Shown here: piece by piece, positions 48,345 to 58,206 of the stretch | Position numbering within the stretch: position 1 is the stretch's first letter | Layout of the letters: every line of letters begins with the position of its first letter | Source of the DNA: Patescibacteria group bacterium | GTDB taxonomy: Bacteria; Patescibacteriota; Microgenomatia; Daviesbacterales; UBA10151 | Assembly: GCA_023379125.1 (NCBI GenBank) | Contig: JAMCSY010000004.1 | Span: 58,479 to 122,478, forward strand | Length of the DNA stretch: 64,000 nucleotides | Direction: 5' to 3' | Position numbers and translations under genes: made by a program | Notes under the pieces: generated by a model | The model's database searches: none | Seen by the model: only the letters and a program-made list of their open reading frames with translations | Told to the model about the DNA's origin: nothing

Positions 48345-49856
48345 ATGAGATCAAATTTACTCCCCTGGGTTTGGGTTTTAGCAATTATTTTTGTTTTTGC
48401 TGTCTTTTGGACAGAAAGCTTTTATTATTTAGATCCAGACTTTGGCTGGCATCTAAAAATGGGACAGCTGATTATCAACTCTGGAGTTCCACAAACTGAT
48501 CCTTTTTCTTACACCATGCCTAGTTTTCCCTTTATTGATCACGAGTGGTTTTCTGATGTGGTAATTTACAAAATTTACCAGCTAGCTGGAAGGAGTGGTT
48601 TGGCAACTATTTATAGCTTAATTGCTCTTACCTCATTATTAATACTTATCCCGGAGAAAAAAAAGTTGTTATCTTTGGGGGTTTTTTTATTAGGGGCTGC
48701 CGTATTGCTTTCTTTTGTGGGCATCAGACCCCAGGTGCAATCCTGGTTATTATGGTCACTTGAGTTGCTAATCTTATTTAAACAAGTAAGGTTTGCAAAG
48801 ATTAAGTTTGCCTTGCCATTTCTCTTTTTAATCTGGGTTAATCTACATGGAAGTTTTGCAATTGGATTGATCCTATTGGGGGTTGCTTTACTAGTCAGAC
48901 TGATCCAACACAAACTAGTCATCAGTGATTTAATTGTCTTTATTCTGTCAACTCTGGCCACATCTTTTAATCCCTATGGATTAAGAATCTGGGTGGAAAT
49001 TTGGCGCAGTTTTTCCGATGCCTCACTACATTGGTCAATTGCTGAATGGACACCAACATTAATCCATTTTTATCCTGCAATTATCTTTTTTATAGCTAGT
49101 TCTACAGCTTTGCTAGTTTATAATTTAAAGAAAATACCGTTACTTAATCTGTGTTTATACTCTGTTCTGCTGGTAGCCGGACTTTCCTCAATTAGGCATA
49201 TTCCTTTGTGGCTAGTTATTGCTATACCTAATTTACTACTCTCTATACAATTGCTGTTTGATCAGATTGGCAAGGACTCAACCTCCTTATCCAGGCTAAA
49301 TTATGTCATCAACCTATTTGTTTTTATCTGCTTAATTATTTTTTTGACCCAATCAAAGATTATGGTTAATCAAATTCCCAATTTTAGCGAGCAAGCCTAT
49401 CCGCAACAAGCAGTAATTTATTTAACCAATCATCCTACCTCTAACCAACTTTTTGCTCCCTATCAATGGGGTGGATATTTAATTTGGCAGTTACCTCAAC
49501 AAAAAGATTTCATCGATGGGAGGATGCCTAGTTGGCGCTGGAATGCTCCTGTGGGAGAAAGTAACTATGCCTTCAAAGACTACCAGGAAATGACTACTAA
49601 TAAACAAGCATTGTTGGACAATATTAAAAAATATCATATTCAGACAGTTCTTTGGCCTGTTCCTCAAAAAACTCAAACCAACTTGATTGATCAATTAACT
49701 AAACCAATCACCACATCCCTGAGATTATTACTACATCTGCAGAATAATTCTCAATTAGTACAACCAAGCTACTCTATCCCAGATATTCTCAAAGAGAGTG
49801 GCTGGCAAATCACCTATCAAGACTCTGTGGCTGTTATCTTGATTAAACAACCTTAA
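48345..49856 (+). CDS. Polytopic membrane protein, possibly a GT-C/YfhO-like glycosyltransferase
   Basis: 503 aa with twelve or more TM helices and a C-terminal soluble domain. Confidence 0.4.
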   Translation: MRSNLLPWVWVLAIIFVFAVFWTESFYYLDPDFGWHLKMGQLIINSGVPQTDPFSYTMPSFPFIDHEWFSDVVIYKIYQLAGRSGLATIYSLIALTSLLILIPEKKKLLSLGVFLLGAAVLLSFVGIRPQVQSWLLWSLELLILFKQVRFAKIKFALPFLFLIWVNLHGSFAIGLILLGVALLVRLIQHKLVISDLIVFILSTLATSFNPYGLRIWVEIWRSFSDASLHWSIAEWTPTLIHFYPAIIFFIASSTALLVYNLKKIPLLNLCLYSVLLVAGLSSIRHIPLWLVIAIPNLLLSIQLLFDQIGKDSTSLSRLNYVINLFVFICLIIFLTQSKIMVNQIPNFSEQAYPQQAVIYLTNHPTSNQLFAPYQWGGYLIWQLPQQKDFIDGRMPSWRWNAPVGESNYAFKDYQEMTTNKQALLDNIKKYHIQTVLWPVPQKTQTNLIDQLTKPITTSLRLLLHLQNNSQLVQPSYSIPDILKESGWQITYQDSVAVILIKQP

Positions 49857-50400
49857 GTAAAACTAAAAATTCCTGATTCCCTGCTCCCCCTAAAATTGGT
49901 GAATCAATTACTTGGAGAATTTTAAAATTCAAGGCTTCTAGATTATTTAAAACTTGTTGTTTAATTTCCCCCACTTGATCTGCTGGAACTAATCCCTTTT
50001 TAGTGGCTTGAGGTAACTCATAATGGGGTTTGAGCAAAGCAATGATCTGTCCATCTGGTTGTAAAAATTTTTTAACCACTGGTAAAACCAATTCTAATTT
50101 TGTCCAACCAGCATCAATAGTTACCAAATCAACTTTTTCTGGCAAACTTGCCAGGTGCAAAATATTAGTTCTCTCCATGACCACTACTTGAGGGTTTTGT
50201 CTTAACTTCCAAGCCAGTTCTCCATAAGCAGTATCTAAGGCATAAACTTTTTGAGCTCCGTTTTGTAACAAGCAGTCTACAAAGCCTCCTGTTGAAGAAC
50301 CGACATCTAAAACAGTCTTTTTAGCTGGACTAAGTTGGAATTTATCCAAAGCTGCTTGTAACTTCAGCCCACCTCGAGAAACAAATCTATTTTGCTCCAC
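49843..50400 (-). CDS. TlyA-family rRNA 2'-O-methyltransferase (FtsJ-like), lacking the S4 domain
   Basis: VSRGGLKLQAALDKF...VLDVGSSTGGFVDCLLQNGAQKVYALD. Confidence 0.65.
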   Translation of the reverse strand: MEQNRFVSRGGLKLQAALDKFQLSPAKKTVLDVGSSTGGFVDCLLQNGAQKVYALDTAYGELAWKLRQNPQVVVMERTNILHLASLPEKVDLVTIDAGWTKLELVLPVVKKFLQPDGQIIALLKPHYELPQATKKGLVPADQVGEIKQQVLNNLEALNFKILQVIDSPILGGAGNQEFLVLLKVV

Positions 50401-50803
50401 TTTTTATCTCCAGAGCTTTTTTTAGTAGAGTTTTATCTTGAGAAAAACTTAACTGCTTCAGGGCTTGCTCAGGCTCAAGCCAAACCACTTCTTCTACTTC
50501 CCAATCATGATCCACAATATCACCTGAGATATAATCCATTAGGAATAGTGCGACTATTTTAAAAACCTTTTCTTTACTTTCCGGATGCGTGTAAACATAT
50601 TTTGAATCACCAATTTTTTGAACAATTTCCGCCACCACTCCTGCTTCTTCTCTCACCTCACGTAAGGCTGCGTCTGCACCCTTTTCTCCTTTTTCAATAT
50701 TACCCTTAGGAAATCCCCAAGTTAGCTTGGAAGAGCTTTGTGTTAACAAAACCTTTCCTGCTTGATTAAAAACAATACCACCTGCTGAAAATTCTCTATT
50801 CAT
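50387..50803 (-). CDS. NUDIX hydrolase
   Basis: Nudix box GFPKGNIEKGEKGADAALREVREEAGV. Confidence 0.8.
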   Translation of the reverse strand: MNREFSAGGIVFNQAGKVLLTQSSSKLTWGFPKGNIEKGEKGADAALREVREEAGVVAEIVQKIGDSKYVYTHPESKEKVFKIVALFLMDYISGDIVDHDWEVEEVVWLEPEQALKQLSFSQDKTLLKKALEIKSGAK

Positions 50804-50814
50804 CTTAGAGCTAG

Positions 50815-50886
50815 TGCCCCCGGAGGGAATCGAACCCTCATATCAAGATCCGGAATCTCGTGGTCTATCCATTAGCCTACGAGGAC
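50815..50886 (-). tRNA. tRNA-Arg (anticodon CCG), imperfect D stem
   Basis: Reverse complement reads GTCCTCG-TA-GGCT-AATGGATA-GACC-A-CGAGA-TTCCGGA-TCTTG-ATAT-GAGGG-TTCGATT-CCCTC-CGGGGGC-A. Confidence 0.55.
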
Positions 50887-50892
50887 AAAAGG

Positions 50893-50980
50893 CGGTGGGG
50901 GTGAGATTCGAACTCACGGTCCATCAAAGATAGACAGCGGTTTTCGAAACCGCCGCACTAGGCCACTATGCGACCCCACC
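50893..50980 (-). tRNA. tRNA-Ser (anticodon CGA)
   Basis: Reverse complement reads GGTGGGG-TC-GCA-TAGTGGCCTAG-TGC-G-GCGGT-TTCGAAA-ACCGC, a long variable arm, GTGAG-TTCGAAT-CTCAC-CCCCACC-G. Confidence 0.7.
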
Positions 50981-50988
50981 ACAACTTG

Positions 50989-51061
50989 CGCGCCCGGCGG
51001 GACTCGAACCCACAACCGCCAGATCCGCAATCTGGAGCTCTATCCATTGAGCCACGGGCGC
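50989..51061 (-). tRNA. tRNA-Arg (anticodon GCG)
   Basis: Reverse complement reads GCGCCCG-TG-GCTC-AATGGATA-GAGC-T-CCAGA-TTGCGGA-TCTGG-CGGTT-GTGGG-TTCGAGT-CCCGC-CGGGCGC-G. Confidence 0.7.
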
Positions 51062-51142
51062 AATTATTAGTGTGACTAAGTTTGACTTGGCACACGCGTA
51101 AATTATACCTAAGTAAGATGGTGAAAACAATTTGAAGACGAA

Positions 51143-52588
51143 CTATTGATTAGCAAACTTATCAGCCAAGAGCTGCTCTAAATCAGTATTCTTACCATCA
51201 TAGCCTAACGCCCAAATCCCTACTCCTCTTAAATGCTTTTGATTAACAAAGTCATATTTGATACCCAAGGATCGAGCATTTTCATAATGCACCACTCTAA
51301 TTTGCCCAGTTTTTGGATCAACATAAGAATACCAGGGAGATTGAGCATTTTCATCCCAATTGATTTTCATTCCCTGAGAAGCATCAGCAATTTCTGCATA
51401 AGAATAAACTCCCACATCACTGGAGTTTTTATTAACCTGGCTATTCTGACTGGCATCGGAAACAGGCCAATCATAACCGTAATAGCCAAAAGCTAGAATC
51501 AACTTTTCTGCTGGTACTTTTTCTAAATAGCTACTCATCAAACCTACCACTGAGTTATTATAGCCTTCCATGGGAGCCAAGGGTCCAGCTTGGGAAGAAG
51601 CAGGTGTATGTACGTCATAACCCATTACAACTAAAGCGTCGCTATTTTGAGCCAACATTTCTACATCTTCTAGGGTAGTTACTGAGGCTGAGTTTAAATA
51701 TGTATTTATTGTGAGCATTGATTTAGGATACTGTCTTTTCATCTCTTTATTTAAATTAGACATGAGTATCGAAAAGCCATCAATGATTTTTTGATCAGGG
51801 GTACCTACATATTCAAAATCAATATTGAGTCCATCTAGGGATTTCGAGTTCATTAGATAAAGAGCGGTATGAATAAAGTTTGCTGCTGCATCTGGAGACT
51901 GAGCAAGCTTGGTAATATTGTCATTATTAAAACATTTTAAAGTCAGAAAAACCTTAATCCGGTTCTTCTTAGCCTTCAAGATAAACTGGTCTAGATTCTG
52001 ATCATCTTGCCAAGTCTGCCAAGCCTGGGTATCTTTATCGCTCTGGCTACTTTTTACCACATTACCATTTCCATCAACTTCTAAACCAAAAAAACTGATC
52101 ATCGTTAGCATTCTAATATCAATTTGGTCTGATTGATCTACCATCCAGTAAGGTAAGTAACCAAAAATGTCTTTTTTAATTTGCCCATTTAAAGTCAGCT
52201 TGCCAGTATAGTATGGCGTACTCTGAAAAATTCGGCCTGGCTCAATTACCTGATCAGAGATAACTACTTGATCACCACTACCTGGAGCAGCCAATCTGGG
52301 TTGGGAATTATCTACTAAAGTTTGGGCAGAAGGAGCCGAGGGGCTGTTTTGCTGAAAATGGCCAAGTAAATTAGCCCGCCAAGCAACCACAAAAATAACC
52401 ACGAACAACACTACTCCCCCCAAAACCATGCTCAATCCCAAATTAAACTCCATCAATCTTTTCATCTGTCCTAATTCTTGTTCTTGCGGTGTCGGAGTTG
52501 GGTAATTTTGGCCAGAATAAGAAACCACAGGAACTGTCGGCGAACTTTTGCGGAAACGATCTAAAAAAGGAATTTTAGGTATTATCAC
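51143..52588 (-). CDS. Glycoside hydrolase family 18 (chitinase/peptidoglycan-hydrolase-like) with an N-terminal TM anchor
   Basis: GH18 catalytic motif DGLNIDFEYV (DxxDxDxE); a TM helix near residue 50. Confidence 0.6.
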   Translation of the reverse strand: MIIPKIPFLDRFRKSSPTVPVVSYSGQNYPTPTPQEQELGQMKRLMEFNLGLSMVLGGVVLFVVIFVVAWRANLLGHFQQNSPSAPSAQTLVDNSQPRLAAPGSGDQVVISDQVIEPGRIFQSTPYYTGKLTLNGQIKKDIFGYLPYWMVDQSDQIDIRMLTMISFFGLEVDGNGNVVKSSQSDKDTQAWQTWQDDQNLDQFILKAKKNRIKVFLTLKCFNNDNITKLAQSPDAAANFIHTALYLMNSKSLDGLNIDFEYVGTPDQKIIDGFSILMSNLNKEMKRQYPKSMLTINTYLNSASVTTLEDVEMLAQNSDALVVMGYDVHTPASSQAGPLAPMEGYNNSVVGLMSSYLEKVPAEKLILAFGYYGYDWPVSDASQNSQVNKNSSDVGVYSYAEIADASQGMKINWDENAQSPWYSYVDPKTGQIRVVHYENARSLGIKYDFVNQKHLRGVGIWALGYDGKNTDLEQLLADKFANQ

Positions 52589-52627
52589 TTATAAATTATT
52601 GTAGGGTGTTTATACTCTAAACACAAA

Positions 52628-53188
52628 CTATTTTTTGCTAACTGAGGTTTTCTCCAGAGGGAAATGTCTTTGTAATGATTCTGCCCAAGTATCAACTAAA
52701 CTTTTTGGGGCAATTTCTTGGTATGGAAGATACCGCGCCACTATATTTCTCACTTCATCTTTAGTTAATTGCCCAATTAAAATCATTAACTGAGCAGGGA
52801 ATCGCAGTCTAGTCAAAACATTTAAAATAGCTTTACCCTCCTTCTCGGAAAACCAAAAACTATCTAGATCATCCCAGAAGTAAAAAGTATCTCCAATTGT
52901 CACTCCTTGCGTGGAGATTTTAAATTCTATATCCTCAGGAGGCACAAATCCTAAAACATAGGTAACAAAGCTAAAAGCTAAAAGTGCGCCTATAAGCAAA
53001 AACTCTTTGGCAATTATTGAGATAAAGATTAGCAAAACTACAATAATCGCGATCGTTCGGTAGTATGAAAAATCTTTTTTACGGTAAGGGCGCGAGGGGG
53101 CTTTCCATTCAAGCAAAGTTCTAACTGGATCATTGTCAGATTCGTCCTTTGTTAACTCAGGCTTTGTCTTTTTGAAAACTTTTGGCAT
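52628..53188 (-). CDS. Membrane protein, hypothetical
   Basis: 186 aa with two TM helices. Confidence 0.4.
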   Translation of the reverse strand: MPKVFKKTKPELTKDESDNDPVRTLLEWKAPSRPYRKKDFSYYRTIAIIVVLLIFISIIAKEFLLIGALLAFSFVTYVLGFVPPEDIEFKISTQGVTIGDTFYFWDDLDSFWFSEKEGKAILNVLTRLRFPAQLMILIGQLTKDEVRNIVARYLPYQEIAPKSLVDTWAESLQRHFPLEKTSVSKK

Positions 53189-53254
53189 CTACAGTGATTA
53201 TATACTATTTTTGCTAGATTACCTTACTAGATTTTGTTACAATTAGCCTGCTTT

Positions 53255-53341
53255 GGAGAGGTCGCATAGTGGCCTAGTGCGGCGCAGTGCTAATGCGCTG
53301 TCCTCGTAAGGGGACCGTGGGTTCGAATCCCACCCTCTCCG
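53255..53341 (+). tRNA. tRNA-Ser (anticodon GCU)
   Basis: GGAGAGG-TC-GCA-TAGTGGCCTAG-TGC-G-GCGCA-GTGCTAA-TGCGC, a long variable arm, TTCGAAT, CCTCTCC-G. Its D arm is identical to that of the tRNA-Ser(CGA). Confidence 0.7.
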
Positions 53342-53355
53342 CTGACCAACCCCAT

Positions 53356-53442
53356 GGAGGGGTCGCCTAGTGGTTTATGGCGGAAGTCTTGAAAACTTCT
53401 AAGGGTGAAAGCCCTTCGTGGGTTCGAATCCCACCCCCTCCG
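53356..53442 (+). tRNA. tRNA-Ser (anticodon UGA)
   Basis: GGAGGGG-TC-GCC-TAGTGGTTTATG-GCG-G-AAGTC-TTGAAAA-CTTCT, a long variable arm, GGG-TTCGAAT-CCCAC-CCCCTCC-G. Confidence 0.75.
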
Positions 53443-54135
53443 CTATCTGGCTAAAGTCACTGCCCAAACTCGGTTGACTCCGGCCCTCTTGAGAACATAA
53501 CAGCACTCTTTTAGGGTAGAACCAGTAGTCCAAACATCATCTAGTAATAAAACATTCTTATTCTTGATATCTTCCTGTCCTATAAGAGTAAAGGCATTTT
53601 TGATATTCTGCTTTCTTTGCCAAGCAGATAAACCCACTTGCTGTTTAGTTGATCTTGATCTTAATAGCAGCTCTTGAGATTTAATACCTAATTTACTGGA
53701 TAAGATTTGGCAAAGTTTCTCAGACTGATTAAAACCACGCCAATTTTGCCTAGCTTTATATAATGGAACTGGCATAAGTAACCAACTTTCCACTCCAGTT
53801 TTTTTAATCTCTTCGATAAAAAATGGGCTATTTTTTGACCAGTATTCGATTAGTAAACTAGCTAAGGTTTGAGCCAAGGAATAGGCAAAATGATACTTGA
53901 AAGTCTGAATTAGTTTTTTTAGAGACCCTTGATAGACTCCTAAACTCCATAATCCGTCCAGACCATATTTTCTATGACAGAGGGGATGAGTTGCTCCACC
54001 AACAGCTACTCTTTCACAGTTAGGACAAACAAGGTCTGCTTGGTAGATTGCCTGCTGACATTTTAGGCACAAATCAGTCCCAAACTGACCGCAACAGGCA
54101 CAAGTTTTAGGTAAAATTAACTCTAAAAGACTCAT
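53443..54135 (-). CDS. comF: ComF-family competence protein (phosphoribosyltransferase domain)
   Basis: N-terminal double zinc ribbon (CACCGQ...CLKC...CPNC...HPLC) and a C-terminal PRTase loop VLLLDDVWTTGSTL. Confidence 0.75.
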   Translation of the reverse strand: MSLLELILPKTCACCGQFGTDLCLKCQQAIYQADLVCPNCERVAVGGATHPLCHRKYGLDGLWSLGVYQGSLKKLIQTFKYHFAYSLAQTLASLLIEYWSKNSPFFIEEIKKTGVESWLLMPVPLYKARQNWRGFNQSEKLCQILSSKLGIKSQELLLRSRSTKQQVGLSAWQRKQNIKNAFTLIGQEDIKNKNVLLLDDVWTTGSTLKECCYVLKRAGVNRVWAVTLAR

Positions 54136-54176
54136 TATTTTGATTTTATGCCTATTATCTGCTAAAATACACAGTT

Positions 54177-54567
54177 GGGGACGTACAGATTCGACGTAAT
54201 TTGCACCTTAACAATCGCAAGCCGCTCAAGCAAACTTAAGCGCAAAATATGTTTGCAGAAATTATGCTAAGGATAAATTAGCATCCCGAGTGCAAGGCCT
54301 GATGGCCTTAATGGGTCAAGGGCAATTTGCCCCAGCCCTCGCATAAGGTATCTTAGGACAATCTCTACTTGGTGGAAGTTCTAGGGTATGTACAAAGCCA
54401 AGTTGCAAATTTCTTGAGTCAGATTCAACTTAAGATTTTCTAAGATAATTGAATCAAGTATTGACTTCCTGCTGATAGGTTACATTCAGTACTTATAAAT
54501 ATATCAGCTAAGCTTGTAGAAATTGTTTTGAAGTAAGTTCGCACAGGGGTCACTCCCCTCGTCTCCA
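54177..54567 (+). ncRNA. ssrA: tmRNA (ssrA)
   Basis: 5' GGGGACGUACAGAUUCGACG matches the Bacillus-type tmRNA 5' end; 3' ...AGGGGUCACUCCCCU-CGUCUCC-A pairs with the 5' GGGGACG; an internal tag ORF ends ...GQGQFAPALA-UAA near 54344; smpB is adjacent. Confidence 0.7.
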
Positions 54568-54704
54568 CACTACGTTGTTCATGGGTATTCACAACTACGC
54601 GTGGCAAGCCACTTTAATTACAACTCATACTCAGAAATTAATGAAGTAGTGTGTCCCGCGAAGCCTTGGCGAAGTGTGACAGTAAAACCTGTTAAAATAT
54701 TTAC

Positions 54705-54941
54705 GTGTACTATACCTATATTCTTCGACTATGCGACGGTTCCTTCTATCATGGTTTCTCCAATAATCTAAAATCACGTATAGAAGAACATAAGCGAGGT
54801 ACTGTTATTTCTACTAAGAATTTAAGACCACTAAGGCTAACTTTCTATGCTGCTTTTGATACTAAAAACAAAGCATTGGAGTTCGAAAAATATCTTAAAA
54901 ATAGCTCTGGGTTTGCTTTTCGTAATAAGCATTTTATCTAA
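54705..54941 (+). CDS. GIY-YIG nuclease-domain protein (YhbQ/UPF0213-like)
   Basis: YYTYILRLCDGSFYHGFSNNLKSRIEEHKRG...LRLTFYAAFDTKNKALEFEKYLK. Confidence 0.65.
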   Translation: MYYTYILRLCDGSFYHGFSNNLKSRIEEHKRGTVISTKNLRPLRLTFYAAFDTKNKALEFEKYLKNSSGFAFRNKHFI

Positions 54942-54952
54942 ACGCTACCCTT

Positions 54953-55393
54953 CTATTCCTTCCCTCTCAGTTCCTGCTCTATTCTCCTTTGGTGATCTTT
55001 TTCTTTGAGTGCTTTTCTTTTATCAAATTCTTTTTTGGACTTACCCAAGCCGAGTTGAATCTTAATCAAGTTATTTTTATCATACATAGCTACTGGCAAA
55101 AGCATCATGTTTTTAGCAGATAATTTTCCAATTAAACTTTGAATTTGGGTCTTATGCAAAAGCAATCGGCGTGACCGCGTTGGCTCATAACCTTGTCCTG
55201 AATAGTTTTGATATCTGGGAATGTTGGCATTGATTAAATAAACTTGGTTGTTTAGAATCCGCACCGAGGCCTGAGATAAATCTATTCGTCCCGCTCTAAT
55301 CGATTTTACTTCAAAACCATAAAGTTGAATCCCTGCTTCCAGAGATTCTAAAATATGATAATTATGCCAAGCTTGCCGGTTAACAATTCGCAT
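54953..55393 (-). CDS. smpB: SsrA-binding protein
   Basis: IVNRQAWHNYHILESLEAGIQLYGFEVKSIR...LLLHKTQIQSL...KKEFDKRKALKEKD. Confidence 0.9.
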   Translation of the reverse strand: MRIVNRQAWHNYHILESLEAGIQLYGFEVKSIRAGRIDLSQASVRILNNQVYLINANIPRYQNYSGQGYEPTRSRRLLLHKTQIQSLIGKLSAKNMMLLPVAMYDKNNLIKIQLGLGKSKKEFDKRKALKEKDHQRRIEQELRGKE

Positions 55394-55442
55394 CTTCCAG
55401 CCTAGCTTAACTTTTTAGGCTCAAATTAGCAAGAAAGAGATC

Positions 55443-57284
55443 TTAGGTTTTTAGCTCAATTTGATAAATTTTACTCCCCGAAAGTAGGTAAATCTTTTTA
55501 TTCTCTTCATCCACTACCAAGTCTGTAAAAACTCCTAAACGGTCTGATTGGTACTGAGCTACATAGTTACCATTTTTATCCACTACCACAATGCGATTGT
55601 TGCCATTATCTAAAATATAAACATTGTTAGTTTTGTCAGAAACAAAGAAACTTTGTGGGTTACTAAGCGGTTTGTCTAAACCATTGAGGGTAAATTGGTC
55701 CTGATTACCCTGGGTAAACTTGAGAATAGTCCCACTACTGTTTAAAACCCAGATTGAGGCATCAATTTGCATTCTAATGCTTTGCGAAAAATCAGCACTC
55801 ACTCCTTCATTCAAGTAATTTCGTTTGTCTGAATAGCCATCAGTAATAGCAATATACTTCCAGATCTGATTTTTATTTTTATCCAGCAGATAAATGTTCC
55901 CGCCAAAACCATAAATATCAGCAATTTGTCCCCAGTCTGTGTCAGGAGCAATTACCGTAGATAAGTCTCCACTTTGCAAATCAACCCTAATAACCCCTTT
56001 ATTTTGTGAGTAGACAAAGCCATTTTGCCCATTAATGGTTACAAGTTTTGCCTGACCTAATTTATCCGAGCCCGCTAAGATTTGATGTGACTTAGAGTCC
56101 AGATTGATTGAAGCCAAGGTGCCTTCTTTTTGATCAAGTATTAATAAATCTCCTAAAGATAGCGACATATTTACGGCTTGCATATCTTGCTTAACTAAAG
56201 ACAAGTCCAGCCATACTGGCAGATCGCTAATTTGCCAAATTTTTAAAATTTCGGCGGAACTACCGTCTATTTGTTTTTGTAAATTGGTTGCTGCACTATC
56301 TTGAGGCTTAATTTTAAGAGCCCCAGCAACAGATTGTTTAGCTAAACTCAAATTTTTGATTGCTCCCCTTTGGTCACTATCTTTTTGATTCAGAGCTTGT
56401 TGATATTCAAGATTGGCTTGATTTAGATAATCATTAAACTTGCTTGATTGTTGATTGGGAAATTTGTGGGTATAAAGATAATACCCGCCTACTCCAATCA
56501 GCACAATGGCTATCGCTATGAGATATCTATACAACTTACCAGATCTTAGTAATGGCTTGATTGATAAGTTTAGCTTGGGAACCGCGGGGCGAAAAAAGAT
56601 ATTGCCCAAGCTCGATTGTTTACGTAAATCTTGTCCTGATATACCTACGATTGGTAATTCCGGTTCTTGAGTGGGTACTTCTTCCTCTATGATAATAGCC
56701 GCCAGGGGGTTAACTGTTCCAGGAGGCAAAAAATCAGTAATACTGCTTTCCCAAATGTCTACTGGCATGTTCTTCAGGGACCTTAATTCATCACCCAGCA
56801 CTTCTTTGAAACTGGCTGTAGATAAGGTTACTCTATCCCCTTGTTCTAAAAAACCTGAAATTAATTGCTCACCACTCCCAACATCATTGAGCCTAATTAA
56901 ATCCTCGCCTCGATATAAATCAGCATTCATCCGATCACCCACTACCATTAAATAAAGGACATTTTTACCCGCACTATCACTCTCAGTCGCAGCAACTAAT
57001 ATTTGGGTATTCTCTGAGTCAACCAAAGATTTTTTGATCGTTTGGACAGTCTCGTTAATCCGTTCACTGATTCCTAGCTCAGAAGAATAAAAGACGTCTT
57101 CAGCTTCTGATAAAGCTAGCCTAGTGCGTGTAAAAGCATCATCAAGACTGGCTAAGACAAGTAGATATAAGCCAGGTTCGACTCGGCTTTGTTCTGTAGC
57201 GGGTATACTTAAGGGTTTATTTACTAAAGCTAAGGCTACTTCTTGATCAGAATTTAAGCCTACAACTTTCGCCGTCTTTAACAT
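55443..57284 (-). CDS. Membrane-anchored protein with C-terminal beta-propeller-like (NHL/YVTN-type) repeats
   Basis: 613 aa with a TM helix near residue 255 and repeated ...NNRIVVVDKNGNYV / ...KKIYLLSGSKIYQI blades. Confidence 0.4.
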   Translation of the reverse strand: MLKTAKVVGLNSDQEVALALVNKPLSIPATEQSRVEPGLYLLVLASLDDAFTRTRLALSEAEDVFYSSELGISERINETVQTIKKSLVDSENTQILVAATESDSAGKNVLYLMVVGDRMNADLYRGEDLIRLNDVGSGEQLISGFLEQGDRVTLSTASFKEVLGDELRSLKNMPVDIWESSITDFLPPGTVNPLAAIIIEEEVPTQEPELPIVGISGQDLRKQSSLGNIFFRPAVPKLNLSIKPLLRSGKLYRYLIAIAIVLIGVGGYYLYTHKFPNQQSSKFNDYLNQANLEYQQALNQKDSDQRGAIKNLSLAKQSVAGALKIKPQDSAATNLQKQIDGSSAEILKIWQISDLPVWLDLSLVKQDMQAVNMSLSLGDLLILDQKEGTLASINLDSKSHQILAGSDKLGQAKLVTINGQNGFVYSQNKGVIRVDLQSGDLSTVIAPDTDWGQIADIYGFGGNIYLLDKNKNQIWKYIAITDGYSDKRNYLNEGVSADFSQSIRMQIDASIWVLNSSGTILKFTQGNQDQFTLNGLDKPLSNPQSFFVSDKTNNVYILDNGNNRIVVVDKNGNYVAQYQSDRLGVFTDLVVDEENKKIYLLSGSKIYQIELKT

Positions 57285-57321
57285 AGTATGTCTTTAGATT
57301 TTGATCTTTGGTTTTCAAAAT

Positions 57322-57597
57322 CTATTGGAAGAGCAGGCCAAATAATAAAATCACAATACCTAAGGCAACACCAGCATGCAAAATGGAAAAAGCCCGCAAG
57401 AATGGTGAAACTTCCGTAATCAAAGTTTCAGTCATCAAGGAAACTTGTCTGACCACAATTAAACTAAAGATAAAATAAAGTCCAGATAATATTAGTAAGG
57501 CAACTTTCACTACCCACCAAAAGCTACTTAATGCCAGCAGGGTAGTCGATGAAGAAGTAGTATCAACTAACATCGCTGTGGTGTCCTCCTTGTGCAT
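57322..57597 (-). CDS. Small membrane protein
   Basis: 91 aa with three TM helices. Confidence 0.35.
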   Translation of the reverse strand: MHKEDTTAMLVDTTSSSTTLLALSSFWWVVKVALLILSGLYFIFSLIVVRQVSLMTETLITEVSPFLRAFSILHAGVALGIVILLFGLLFQ

Positions 57598-58168
57598 TTT
57601 CTTGCAACTCCTGAATTCGATTTGCTACTAAATCAGGGTGCGGAATCGCAGCAAAATAGATTTGTTGCCTTTCCGCTGCAGTTTCCACTCTCACATCACC
57701 AAAATTAAACAACGAACGCAAAAACCCCTTCATGCTAGTATTAGCACTTTGTACATCTTCTAACAGCACCTCGGTTGTGTTGCGGTTGAGCAAATTTACA
57801 AAACTGATATCAGAAAGGTGCTCGTTAGTTACAATATAGATGTTAAAGTACCAAAAAAGGTATGCTTCTAGAACATAAGCTAGAATTAATAAATACCATA
57901 AAATTAACAAGGTTGCTTGGACATTATTAGGAACTACCATTGCCAGATTAAAACTAAGAGCCAGTAAAGGGATAACCTTTGGAATAAACAGGGGAATTAA
58001 AAGTCCAATTATCGCTGTAACCACCCAAGGAACATTGACCACCCAATGTTGTCTGACCAAAATTTCAATATGTTCATCTGGATCCTGATCCAGAAAACGC
58101 ATTCTGGCTGGATGGTCAAAAAAAGCTGGAAATAATGATAAACTCATCTTGTCAGGATAATAGCACAA
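57563..58168 (-). CDS. Membrane protein with a bacterial PH (bPH_2, YdbS/YdbT-like) domain
   Basis: Two TM helices followed by NEHLSDISFVNLLNRNTTEVLLEDVQSANTSMKGFLRSLFNFGDVRVETAAE. Confidence 0.5.
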   Translation of the reverse strand: MCYYPDKMSLSLFPAFFDHPARMRFLDQDPDEHIEILVRQHWVVNVPWVVTAIIGLLIPLFIPKVIPLLALSFNLAMVVPNNVQATLLILWYLLILAYVLEAYLFWYFNIYIVTNEHLSDISFVNLLNRNTTEVLLEDVQSANTSMKGFLRSLFNFGDVRVETAAERQQIYFAAIPHPDLVANRIQELQENAQGGHHSDVS

Positions 58169-58206
58169 AGCTTAGTGCTCGCAAAGCTTTTTTAGCTAAA
58201 ACTAGC

